A stretch of 64,000 nucleotides of DNA from positions 162,264 to 226,263 of the forward strand of contig NMRA01000189.1 of the NCBI GenBank assembly GCA_002633005.1. The letters run 5' to 3'. Each line of letters begins with the position of its first letter. Within the stretch, counting starts at the first letter, position 1. The stretch comes from Phoronis australis. Lineage: Eukaryota; Animalia; Phoronida. The notes below the pieces were generated by a model that saw only the letters and a program-made list of their open reading frames with translations, ran no database searches and was not told the origin of the DNA. The position numbers were made by a program, and so were the translations under genes. Positions 13,001-26,022 of the stretch are shown here, one piece after another.

Positions 13001-16000
13001 TACAATGGGGCAACTTGACTTGGATTGGCCACCCTACAATAAAGCAGTATATCTAAGTGATCCTTAAATACCCCCAAAGAATACAGTGAAGTTTCAATGG
13101 GGAGCTCGCAATGAAGGTAAAATTTTTACTGGTTGCATTCAGCACATGGTACTAATTTTAGACGCGATATATTCTTAAATTTTGGACTATGTGGAAATCT
13201 GTTTCTGATCTGTCAAAAGTGTAGGAGCACAGTGTGGCGGTTGGTGAATAATTAGACTGTAATGATCAATAAACCTTGCTTGCAGTGGACCGAGCACACA
13301 CTCAAAATCTGAGATACTTCAGTCCTAAATAAGCAACATGACCAAACTTTGAGCCCGTTTTCTCATATTTCGCAGGATACTGGCAAATCATCCGCTGGGT
13401 TACTTTGGACCCTGTGCTTATTTGATGCATGACGGCGTTCTGTCGTTCAGTAACTTTTCCAGACGTGAGGGGTTCTGAACGTGAGATAACAAGGGTTACT
13501 GAAACCTGGTAGAATGGATTGTCTTAACTTCTGTTGTAGTTGGGCGATTTTGGTGATTCAAAAACTAAACATGTTCAGCATTTGACAAGGAATTCAGAAA
13601 TGTAATTGGTTTATGTTCAAATATGTTATAACTTAACTTTCATTTTTAGCAGCACAGCCCAGTCAGGCTAGATATGATCTGATCGGAGATTAGAGCAATT
13701 ATCGAACAAAATAGAGCTGGCCCTCCAACCATAAATGCCAGAATGGAGTTAATCAGTCGTGTAAGATATTGGCTACAGGGCCAAACTTCCCAACTTGTTG
13801 TTGGGCTATAGAATCGAACAAGTTGGGAGCAATGGGAAAACACCGTAATGGATCCGGAGTTTATAATATTCACATCCTGAAATACCACAATGCCATCTGA
13901 GCCTGTGATATTTACTTATGATGCTGTTCACCTGTAGATCGCTGCTATTGTGCTGATTACCAATTTACATATAAAATAGTTTGAAATTTCTATCACTATA
14001 TTGCTAGTGAAGTTTAACTGTTTTACAGCAAGTTGCCCTGTTTTGAAAAGTGTTACAGCGAACATGTGCATTCACCAAGACACACAGCGTATTTCCTGGC
14101 TATGACACTCAGATAGTTGCAGGGAATCTGTGCTAAATACGAAGCTTCATTGATGTTTCAATGGACCAGAATGTTCCTAATGGAAAGAAACATAGAATTG
14201 TTTAGTGGTCATAGCTGTACAAATGAAGAGCAGACCATTCTGAAGCCAATCACACTGGCAGGAGTTGTGGCATCTTGTATTCGTTAAATCATTTGTGAAC
14301 GGCAGGTAAGTTAAATTGTTGGAACAACTTGATTCAGCATTGCAGCTGCAGATGATTTGTGCAATTTTCATAAAACAGCAGAAAACTTGAGAAGGCATGA
14401 ACCACAGCTTCAAAGTGCCGATAAGTTCCCATTCTGTACCACTTCGGTTGACTACCTTTCCCAGGCATTTATTAACTGAAATGTCAATTTGAAGGGTATT
14501 TATAAAAGATAAATTTAGCAAGTCAATAAATTCAAAATTCATTGACGTACTAGTCTAATGGGATCTGATGTTTCTTTTCAACTACAAAATGGCTACACCC
14601 ACAAGAACTGTGCATTTTAATGGTCATGAAAAAAAAATTCATATCAGTTGTTCAATTTTCGATGGGCTTATTTGTGCATAAGATTACCATATCAATTGTT
14701 TAGGGGAAACATGTCCATTGAAATTGCGGTGTTTTTAAGAAAATATGACCAAATTTCATCTTCTGAAAATCGGGAAACTTTCTAAGCATAAGTTTGGTTA
14801 ATTTTCAGATGATTAAGAGTTATTTTTCATAACGCCTAATATGAGCAATGTTAGAAACTTTTATATTTAAATTTCTAATGCAATTAGAACTGCATAAGTT
14901 AGAAGATAAATGTTACTAAATAAATTTTGATGCTTAAACCTCTGTATTTTTATGAGTACTGAATTAAGATGTGTGTCTGTATGTATTTAGCTCTATACGC
15001 AGACATGTGTATAATGTCCTACATGACCTTGACATTTGAAGCTGCTCAGTTGTTGCTTTTAAGAACCAATGATCTTCAAATTAGTTCTGCCATTTAGTAT
15101 CAGAAACAGGTGATAGCGTTTATGTTACAAAATTGTACCGCTCGTGACTGGCTTTTTTGCAAATCTTGTTTCGTAAACAAAATTAATATCCCTACTTCAT
15201 CTTTCTAAAACCTTTTTTGAATTGTTCTTCGCTACTTAAGGGCATTCATGGTGGGTAGCCTGATCAGAGCTGCATTCCACAGACACCTGCAACATGAACA
15301 CTAGTGTAATGCCATGGTTAACTTGTAATGCCAGGGTTTCTTAAAAGACACTCATTGTTTTTGATTTAGTGGAGCCATATTGTAGGAATGCCTTTTTTGG
15401 ATGTTTTGGAAATTTTGTAAGTCAATGTCATAAGTCAATGTCATTTTAGGTAAGGGAATACTATTGTGAGAAAGCTTTCGAACCTCTAGAAATTGAATGA
15501 GTTACTAAGAACCCCATCTCTTCATCTTTATGCTAGTTCTGCTTTACTAAAATGCCTGGGTTCTGTTTCATGAAAGTGACTTAAGACAGAAATTTGGTCC
15601 TACACTGCCGACTTCACAATTACTGAATAAAGGTTTAGTCAAGCAATTTTGAGTGCATCACAGCCTAGAAATAATCTATAGAAATTACCTCAGTTAAACT
15701 AGTAGTTATGTGTATCTTCCCAGAGTCTTTACAATTTTGCTCTAGAGAAATTTAACTATTTTTCATGAACAGTTGTGTGGAGTGTATTAGACCAAATTTG
15801 CGAATCACTTTTCATGAAACAGACCCCTAGTCATAGGCATATTAGTGTGAACTAGAATCAATTTCAGCTGATATAATTAAAGATTAAAGTTATTTAACCT
15901 GTCTATGTAGTGCGAAAATTGATTCATGCACATCCCAGAGCATAAATTCTTGGGATTCGAATCCTCTAAACCTGTAGAAGGTGTCACGTAGGCTATCAGT

Positions 16001-18584
16001 AAGCTGGCTGTAGATTTGGGTGAGATGCTTCCTATTTACTAAGTGTCTATGATAAGCTGAACTTTTGGCTGCTTCGTCTGAAATCAAGTGATCTTTACAG
16101 ATCATATATCTATAGGTCTGTTGGCGGTGCTGCTCGGGTTGGCTGCTATCCCACAATTCTTTGTGGATGTGACATTTTGCTGTCCAAGTAAAGATCAATA
16201 TGTAGCCATTTTTATATTTAGCAACCATCTTTCTACGTCGCTTCTATGAAATGTGGAAACAAATGTCTAAAATACAAACTACACAATGATGTAAGCTTGA
16301 GTGTGCATTCATGATAGAAGAAATGAACCTCAGATTTCTAACTTGTGGATAAATATTCAGGGGATTTTCTGAAGGTTTTGCATCATAAGAATTAACCCAG
16401 AGTTGGGGTTCTTTCAGAAACCTGTATTGCTGACAGCATTCCATCAGAGTTAGCCGTGGTTGTCAAACGAATGTTGTTATAGGCAGGGATCATTATTGTT
16501 GACTACTATAAAAAGGTCTAGCAACGGCTCAGGTGACAAGTGATAAACTTCACTTATTTTAACTCGGGCCCACTTTTAAAGACCAAAAATTGACAAAATG
16601 AATTACCTCTTGACCACATTCTCCTTATATGAGCCAGACTTGAAAAATGATCCCCAAAGAGCCCCAGTGGGGAGTTTTTTAACTTTGTTCTGAAGTTCCC
16701 CTCTGGCGCTGGGGATCTTTCTTGGTTGGGTCTGTTTCGGAAATCGCCTGTATTGTTCTCACTTGTGTGACCTAATAAAATGGTCTGTCAAGGTTTTCTA
16801 AAGTAAGTCCACAAGTGTTTACCCAGACATCTCTGGCAAATATGAGTTTGTTTATCTACAAGGTTTCCGAATTGGTTATTTGATGCATCAAAAGGTGTTA
16901 CGATGCTGCTCATGTTTTTGCAATAAAAATATACGATAATCAAGGTCGGTCTGTTAATCGACTTGGAACATCCGTTAATTGTGTTAACAGCAAAATGTTC
17001 TTGTTTTTTTTNTTCATTTTCCCTGGTGAATATTTCTTAATACTTGTTTGCTTCATAATTATGAATCAGACGAGAAGAATCATATGAAAGAGAAACCCAA
17101 TTTTGCACGTGAATTACGAATTTTTACAACAATAGGTTTATCTAAACTATCTAGACATTGGTATGTATGTTATGTTATGGAGAAGTTACTGATCACTGAG
17201 AGCCGCCCTATGAGAGTTCAAAAATGAACCTCAACTAGACAACTTTCACCAGTGTCCTGACTAGAACGTAGTGGTATTTGATTGAAATAATATGAATGAC
17301 ATTATTTATCGTGGAAAAATATTTTCAGAACACAATATGTAAAATTGTTAATAAAGTGGATTATTTTAAAGGAGAACTCTAATTCTACTGACGTACATTG
17401 CTCACAGAAGGTGCATACATTACTGCTAGAACTGCTTGGAATAGGTCTTCGCTGTCAGATTCCAGATTCCTTGCAATAAAATCTACTGCGACAATATGGA
17501 TGTCTTGGTGAGGTATGAACTCAAGAAGGCATTGTAACAAAAAAAAAACTATTCTTACAATTTATAACCCTTAATGAACAGGTCCCAGCTTTTTGTATAA
17601 TCCCTCAAGGTGAGAATCAAGTACATGCACTTGCCAAACTTATAGGTTTGGCACTTTTGAGACTGGATAGCATGTTGGGAGAAATGGGAGTAAAATCAAA
17701 ATTATTGTTGTGGATCCCCAAAGCAGCTATTAAGGAATAAGACCACATCCTGGGGTGTGACCTCAGGGACCACAAATATCCAGACAACCAAGGAAGGGTG
17801 ATTGTGGTCACACAGGTGAACAGGATTTTCAGTGTGAGGTTTGATAAACACCTATTTTTGTTAATTCATTCAAAAGACCCCAAGCTCAAATCAACCGAAA
17901 TAATATATCCTTGTTTACCACTGAGCAGGCTGTTTTCCTTGGGGATAGACAACATATTTGTGAACACTACAAGGTAAATAGCCTGACCAATAGCTGTCTT
18001 GTTATTCATTTATGGTTGATGTGTCTAATGTACAGTGTGGTATCACTCCACGATGTCCACTTGTTTGAAGACTGTCTAGTACTATCCTAAATTTAAAGTT
18101 TTGCTGTAACCAATCAGGTCATGGGGAGAAATCTTACCCCAGTAGGTGGTCTAATGTCAAAATAAGATTAATTAGAACGTTTTTGGAGCAATGATGGTTT
18201 TTTGAAGTGGGGGCTTTGAAAATCAGATGTGGCCTGTCTGGTTTTGTGTCTCCCCTGTTTACAGACCAGTTGTGTATGGTCATAAAAATGATTATGTACA
18301 TTTCATGATAGGTCCTAGTGAGATGTCTACCTTATGTCCCATAGACCTATATATTACTGGATTTCCTATCCTGCTTGGGTTTAAGTGTGTATTAGCGTGC
18401 TTTTAACTATGTTAATGTATAGCAGGACTGAACGACAATGCTATTTGAAGATCATCTATGCGAAACAAAGTGCAATTGTATTCATTGACAACTTGTTAAT
18501 GTGAAAACGAAAAAAATTCTGCAAATAGGTAACCTTTGCACTAATGACGTACTTTGGGGGGCTGACATAACCCGCATCATTCAG

Positions 18585-18718
18585 TGTTATTCCCCAACAC
18601 TATGTCACGATACTTACTGGACACGGTTGAGTGATTTATGGGGGATCATTTTTGACTCGTTTGTGAAAACATTTGGCAATTTTGAACCAACTTCACATTC
18701 GCATCGTCGCTATAAGCT
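18585..18718 (+). repeat. Dispersed repeat family A, copy 2
   Basis: Direct, diverged match to 8740-8877. Confidence 0.8.
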
Positions 18719-19889
18719 GCATGCACTTGTGACTCCAAAGTCAAATCCTGTTTTGGCTGGTGTACTATCACCATTGCACATGTATTTTAAATTTACCTCG
18801 GTATTTCACAAATCTTCTCCGATTGATATTCCCTGCACGAACATGGAATAGTCTCTATATGAAATTACTTTATCTATTTCAATCTTTTGGAAAAAAGCAT
18901 CGTGAAGTAGTCATACTCAATGGTGTAAGCCTAAACAACTATTACAGCAAAAATGTACGTAAAGTCTCACCAATAGGGACGAAAAGTGGTTACGTGAGAT
19001 CGCTAAAAACTACTCCAAATTGTAGACAGACAACATGGTGGTGGTCAATTCAATTGTACTAATATATTTGTTCAAACCGTAAAAGTTCAAGAAAATAATT
19101 TTTTGAATTTGGAGCTCATACCACAGTATCTGTGAAGTGTACCCACACTGTGTATATATGTATACCTACTGTTAATGTATATCAATTATATGTATTGGCA
19201 TGTTAGTCATGAGTTTTTTGAAACAGAGTTAAACAGGTGATTTTCCATTAAAACTTTTGACCTAGTGTAATTTTCCATGGAGAAGTTTCAAGAGTTATTC
19301 CGGTAAGTTCCGTCTACATTGAGTTACCCTAAGTAGTAGTGTACCCCGCTCTTAACTTTTGCTGTGGAACTTGACAAGTTTTACAACTTACCCCACCTTG
19401 TGGCAGGGTAACTTGTCCTAAGGCAACTTGCCCAATGCAAACCATGGTGAAGACAAATCTGCAGACAAGGCAAAACCAATTATCACCTGTGGGCTTGCTC
19501 AGTTGGAAACGTACAGATGTCTAGCCTATTTTGCGACATATCTGTCGCAAGGTGTAGGATGTATAGTGTGAATGCTTTGCTGATTGGGAGTGAGTTGCTT
19601 TTGCGCTAACTGTAACAGTAACTAAAAGTGTGAACACGACTTAAGAAACGAGATGGTGGAATCTCCTGTATTATTATTATTATTACCTAGCACAGTGATG
19701 TCATACTTTCCATCCGTATTGAGGACACAATGTGACTAGACAGATACATTAACACCATACTTACCAAGAGACAATATTTTGAAAAAAAATTGATGTTCAT
19801 GAAACTATTTGAAGATATCAAAGAAGGAGAAAGGTGCGATTTTGATAATTATTAGTATCGGAAATTAATGAGATTTTACAGTTACCTGA

Positions 19890-19943
19890 TTTCTGACCTT
19901 CATGTTGTTTCTGACCTCCATGTTGTTTCTGACCTCCATGTTG
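19890..19943. repeat. 18-bp tandem repeat x3
   Basis: tttctgacctycatgttg repeated three times. Confidence 0.9.
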
Positions 19944-20562
19944 TCAGATTTTGTTGAAGTTCACTGCATTCTTGATGCTTATCTCATCTTTAATTATAGA
20001 CATTCTGCCTGTGGGGTATCTATTTTAACTAACATTTAAGTTGAAATTTCAATTTTAATTGCAAATCGCTCTCAAAATGGATGATATTTGAATTTCTAAG
20101 TGACATGAATACCTGTTCAAGGTGTAACCAACGAGAAGGTATTTCCTTGTTAAGTGCAGGTGCATTGCATCCTCTCTTTGTAGGTTGATAAGTAATACAT
20201 TTAAGTACCAATTAGTTGCGCTCATTTCACAAAAGATCGCCTGAGAAAGTATGCTGGGTTATTGAATATTCATAAGTAATTGTTGCTAGTAGTTTTTAGT
20301 AATTACTTAACAAGAGCAAGTTCCTAGAAGTGTTACATGTAATTTTGTACGGATAATGTTCAAACTACTGTCAATGCAAAACCCTGAGCCAGTCTTAAGT
20401 TAGAACATGAAATATAGATTAGTGTTGCGACCATTTGACACTTGTCGCCGTCTCTGCATTAAAGAAAAAATCTTATTAAAGTCAGTTTCAAGACAGTAAA
20501 ATCGGTTCTGTGATCTCACTAAAAGTTTGTAATTCTCATAAGTAAGAGGATTGTTCTAAAAA

Positions 20563-20656
20563 ACCCTCGACTCCCTTGACCCCCACACCCCACGAACTCC
20601 CTACAACCCCTTCGACCCACAATACCCACGACTCATAACCCCCTCGATCCACAACC
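20563..20656. repeat. C-rich degenerate tandem repeat
   Basis: Repeated accc(c)tcgac/acccacga-like motifs; the minus strand is G-rich. Confidence 0.6.
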
Positions 20657-23600
20657 AGTTTGTATCTTAGTGCTTCTTACACATTTCATAATCATATTAC
20701 ATCGCTGAATGACTTTCTCATAAGACAATACATGCGAATCTGCTCTGGCTCAAGTCTGGTAGTTGAAAACAGAAAGTTGCGTTGACAATTGTGAGCGTGC
20801 TATCATTGTCACGGAAATAGTTCCACGAGCGAGCGGTTACCAATAGCCCTGGTCCACTAAACTTAGGGAGAGAGTACATTATTTAACGTGAGTGTACATA
20901 ATTCCACATTTTATTTTTATTATTTGTTTTCTGTTGTGCACTCGTCTACAAAATACTCTATATAACATTGAGATTGTTAAGATGTATGCAACCTTATAGA
21001 AGAGAAGAACAGTTGATTGAAGAACCGGGGAAATTGGCCAATAGGGGATGCAATGGCGCCGATAGCCGAACCAAAAGACCCCAACACAATATTTGCAGCA
21101 AAATGATGGTAGAACGCCAATTTTTCCATCATCAATAAATAATTAAGTTTACTCAAGGAAAAGTTTAGTTTTTAATGATATTAATTTTGGCGGCGACAGG
21201 CCTTAAGATATACTGTACACAACGGAAGCCGGAGGGAGTGAAATTAAGCTGACCGACTGACATCACCCAGGCCGTTGAGTCAACGGACTGACATCATGAA
21301 GACCAGTACAAAAGTGACCTCCCTCCCTTCGGTGCAGCACCTGGAACAAGGTGCGGGGGGGGGGGGGGGGGGNGGAGAGGAGTTTGTGTAAACAATGCAA
21401 TTTATATAATAGACAAGTCACTAATGCTATAATGAGAAAGCAATAAACATGCAGGGAGCTGGCCGCCTCTCTGGTGTTGAAAAGTCTTTGCAATTACTGC
21501 TCCAGAAAATCCTTACAATTTAAAACACGATATGGACAAGTAAAATTTTAATTTTCATTCATTTTTTCATAAAAATGTATTGCACCAGATAACTGGTTCA
21601 TCACTGTCAAACACTGTTTTGAGCAATAGTGGCCATTCACTTGGTTACAAGTCTTTGAAACAGGAAGTTTATTTTTGTTCGAAATTGTTGAGATTTTATG
21701 GGACCTCTTTTATATCAGTTTTAATATCTGAGGTCTTTTTGTGCTTACCCCAAAAGACCTACAGTCCATTGTTGTTATAAATAAGCCTCTTATGACTTAA
21801 ACTGTAGGATTGATGGGCTTTTGATGTAACGTTCTTACATAACATTCCTATTTACTGTATAATGCAGGGAAGCTGGACCATCAATGAGCCTTGTTAAACT
21901 GGCTATTTGTCACCAGACCTTAAAAGAGCTCGGGGGCTCTAAAAGGGGTTTTATCCTGCAGTCTTTCCTGCCAGCAAATTGGAAATGGGCAGCCTGAATA
22001 TTTGGAATGTATTTCCTATTGTCAATTTGTCATGATCCAGGTCTTATTCACTGTAACTATGACTGGGCACCTGTGGGCATTTTGCTCTAAATTAATTAAG
22101 AGATCATTCCGAAATAGTCACAAGGGTTCTAGTTTGATACATGTTCAGTGGAAACAGCCACAAGGATTCCAGTTTGATATCTGTTATTCAGTGACCAAAA
22201 CTAGCTCTCCAAAATGTTAATCAAATATCGACAACAGTAACTTAAAATCAAAACATAACAATTGTGGTAAGAGTTATATAGCTGAGGCATGTCCCTTCGT
22301 CCCTTGTACGCCCACTTTCAGTTAGGGCGTATTTTGGGGCGTCATCAGGTTTTCTAGCGAATCGTAAGCTGGACCATCCTTTCTAAGATCTTTTTTGAAA
22401 GACAGTCTAGAAATTGCTGCAATCTATAGTTAGACAGAAACTGAAAAGGGGTAATTGATACTGTTTGCATAAGATACTATTGTAAGTAATGGGTGTTGCG
22501 CTTATTTAAAATTGGGTTGATTACCCTTGCCTCCAGCAGTATTAATGCTTTGGTATGTAATTTTTCTGTGTATCCAGAAATGTTAAGCTCACACCAGCCA
22601 AGTGTTACATACTTCAGCAGCGCTGTCTTCAAACATTCAAATATCCTGTCAGTGTTTGTTATCAATGCTTTGCTCTCTCGTCATTTTCATCCCATGAGAC
22701 ATGAGAATATTCACAATCATGTGTAGGAATCTTTTATTAGTGATGGAGTTCACAATACAAGCGCTATTACCCCGCTGACCGACCTGTTACCCATTGCCAG
22801 AATTCTAGAGCACATTCACAGCCACAACCAGGTACCTTGAGGTGTGCAGGGTTGCATTTGAACTCCACATGTTGCATGTGAGAATGAGTTCCAGGGTTTG
22901 AAGAAATTGTTTTTACCCAAGTCTTGTCAATTTGCAGGGATTATGTCACGTGATCGGCATCTTGCTCTATTATGTCACTTTTGCTTGTAAAAAGCTGGAT
23001 CTGTCCAGTGTTTTTAAAATTGTTGCACTGTAGTAGATAACTATCTTTGTTTTTCTCACTTACAGCGATATCTGAGAATTTTGTTTTAACATACAGCCGG
23101 CAATTCTTCATATGTTCTGTACACATTTTGGTGAAGGTGTGAAATTTTATTTTGTCAAAGTTCTTAACAAAAGTAAATAATAAGAAATTTCAGTCCGTCG
23201 TCAACTTAGTTCGTAGTGGGCAGATGTTATAAAACAATAATGAGTAGAGTTTCTAATATTTGCATTTAAGTAATCAACCTTTGAAAGTTTGGAAACAGCA
23301 GGGTTGGCGATTATTTTGGTGCAAAATAAGTATACCATACTACACCAATAGTAAAATATTGATCAATTTTGTGTGAAATGAGGAGGATGGCTAAAATTTC
23401 TCTTACTCTACATTCTTAATTGTTCTTGTTATCAATAAGTTCCATTTTAGAACTTTAAGTCACAAAATATTCTTTCTCTGTTTTTTGTATTAAGTCTTTC
23501 TGACCAACAATAGTTATCTCCTCTAGCTATATAGATATAATACCTTGTTAACGATGTTTAAAATTTGCATTGCTCTAATACCTGTAAGTGCTGGCAAGCC

Positions 23601-25687
23601 ACGTATATTCTGCCTATTAAAGATTATTGGTTTAGTATCAACCTTACTACTTGTTTATAATACTTGAGGATGACTTCTAGTTCAACATCTGGCAAGTTGC
23701 CAAAGTCATTGTACTGCCTGAATGGCATTTTATACAGTTTGCTGTTTACTATCTTAGAGCAGCTGTGTGATGGAATCTAGCTTATGGGGAAAATTTGAAA
23801 ATTTTGAACCAAATTCAATTCCTAAAGTTGGTGTTTTTTTTAGTTTTCAAAGCTCTGTAACACTGATTCAAGAGCTCAATAGTGCCAAATGTGCCAAACT
23901 GTATAACTTAATATTCTTTTTTTTACTAAATTGACAAAAAATATGTTACACTTTCCCTGAAGAACTGTACCTTAAGCAGTTGGATTTCTTCAACGTTTTT
24001 TAGGTGTGACTGTTAGTTTTTTTATCGGAATCTGATTGTCTGAGCGTTTTGATTGCACAAGTTTTTAATATTACAAGAACATGGCTTTGCGTGTGTGATA
24101 ATTCAGTTTGATGGGTTGCAGTGACCTTGGAGACACGTGCCAGTACTTGCGGAATAGCCAATCATCATTCAGATCATAACAGTCAATTGGAGAAACCAAT
24201 AACACCCGACACCACCAAATTTCATGAAATGTTTGCTTTAACCTGTCTTAATAAGCGGTGACATTGTTCATCTGTCAGGTCACAAGTAGTAATGTTACCT
24301 TTCTATACAGACATGTACGTGACATGGTGTCCCTATGACTCAGTCGACAGAGTGCATGATACCGATAAAGTTGTCAAGAAAGGCAAATTTTTTATTATTT
24401 TTTTTGTCAGCCAAAGCACTATATACTTTTGCACTTTTTAAATGGATATGAAGTTCGTTGGATTTACCTTTGGTATAATTTTTGCATTGCTCCTGCCATT
24501 GGCGAATATAAGTCCATCAAAAGCTCATTAAATTCTACTGCCATGTTGAGAACTACTGAGTTGTGACTCTTCTCTGATATCCTTCAAAACTGCTTGAGGC
24601 TGTTTTCTATGGAAGAGGGTGAAATTACATTTGTAACCTCTAATACAGCATGACGCAGAGCACAATATGGAGATAATTCCAGGTTCTGCTTCTGTTAAGT
24701 CGTCCACTTAAAACGTTGTACGTCATCAGCAGGAATTATCAATTCACTTAACCAATTGGGACTTTGCAAAAAACTAGGATTTGCCTGCGGGCATAATAAC
24801 GGTAAAATCTCACCAATTTAGGACACAATGAACAAGTGAAATTCTATTTCATCATTTTTACAGTGAAACGTGCGTAGCATAAAATTAATTGATATTCCAT
24901 GTACAAGTAATATTACACAGCTGTCATTTAACAAAGTTTTGAAAAATTGTGTGTGTTCACAACAATGTCAGATGCCCCTGGAAAATGGGAAAAATGCATT
25001 TTTGGGAAAAGTGCATTTTGGCGATTGTTTTTGTTCGGAATTGCTGAGATTTCAGTGTCCCTGAGTTATAGGGTGAAAGCATAAAGTCACTATTGCTGAG
25101 GTAGAAGAAAATTTTCATTGCCATTTCATCGCTGCTCAGGACATTTGATGTAAACGAAAGTTATCAATTCAAGCTCTCTTAAAACAGGGGCTGGTTGGTT
25201 TTATTACTAAATGTCAATTCTTGGAAGATTCTACTATTAAAAACTGATACAAATACTCAAACATTTGATTATGATCTTCTAACACATAGGCCGTAAAATG
25301 TAAACAGTGTTGTCAAAACTGACATGATTTACTCAATCCATGTAAAAAGTCTTTTGTTTACAAACAGTACAGCAGTGCTTCTGACGTTTGTGTTGGAAAC
25401 ATTCTTTGCTGCACTTTTCACAATCAATCGATCAATCGGAAAAAGCTGTAGTGTTAAACATGCGTAAATAGTGACAAACAATGCATTTATCTGTGCTCTG
25501 TCCATGGCATACTTTTGTTTTCAAGCTAAGCCATGTTTCATTGGAGACTTCATTTCTTTTAGTAGAACTGTGGCAATTGTGAATGATAAAAGTTTCAAAA
25601 TTTCACCAAAGGGGAATCTTGGACGGCATGGACCCGGACTTTTTTATGCCTTGTTAATGTACAAATTCATAAAACTTGTAATGAGTT

Positions 25688-26022
25688 CAGACACACAACA
25701 CACCAACTCCCCGCTTTTATTGTCACCTCAGTACACTCATATAAGACAAGCTGCTGATATCAGACTTGGAGAAAACTGAAGACAAGCCTTCGCACGAACG
25801 GTTTTAGTGAATGTCGACCTGTCTTTGGTTAACGCAGAGTGTTTAGGTAACTGTGAAACGGAAGCCCGATAGCGTCTGTTGGCGCAGCATAAACCATTGT
25901 GATCATCGACACGTGTCTCACATTGTCTATCTGAAATCGTCTGCACATGATGTCATGTGGCATGAATCTACCATGTTATCTATTTAAAAAATGCGTTGTT
26001 GGTGAGTTGGTGTGTTGGTCTG
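25688..26022. mobile_element. Putative MITE with imperfect ~22-bp terminal inverted repeats
   Basis: Left end cagacacacaacacaccaactcc; the reverse complement of the right end is cagaccaacacaccaactcacc. No target-site duplication (TSD) is evident. Confidence 0.5.

Noticed and set aside
14177-14542. Cys-rich ORF as a possible TIMP C-terminal domain
   Set aside because: Cys spacing does not match the TIMP C domain (no CLW or final CxW pattern in register) and there is no suitable acceptor.
21355-21373. Poly-G run as a G-quadruplex element
   Set aside because: Abuts an N at a probable contig join, so its length and reality are uncertain.
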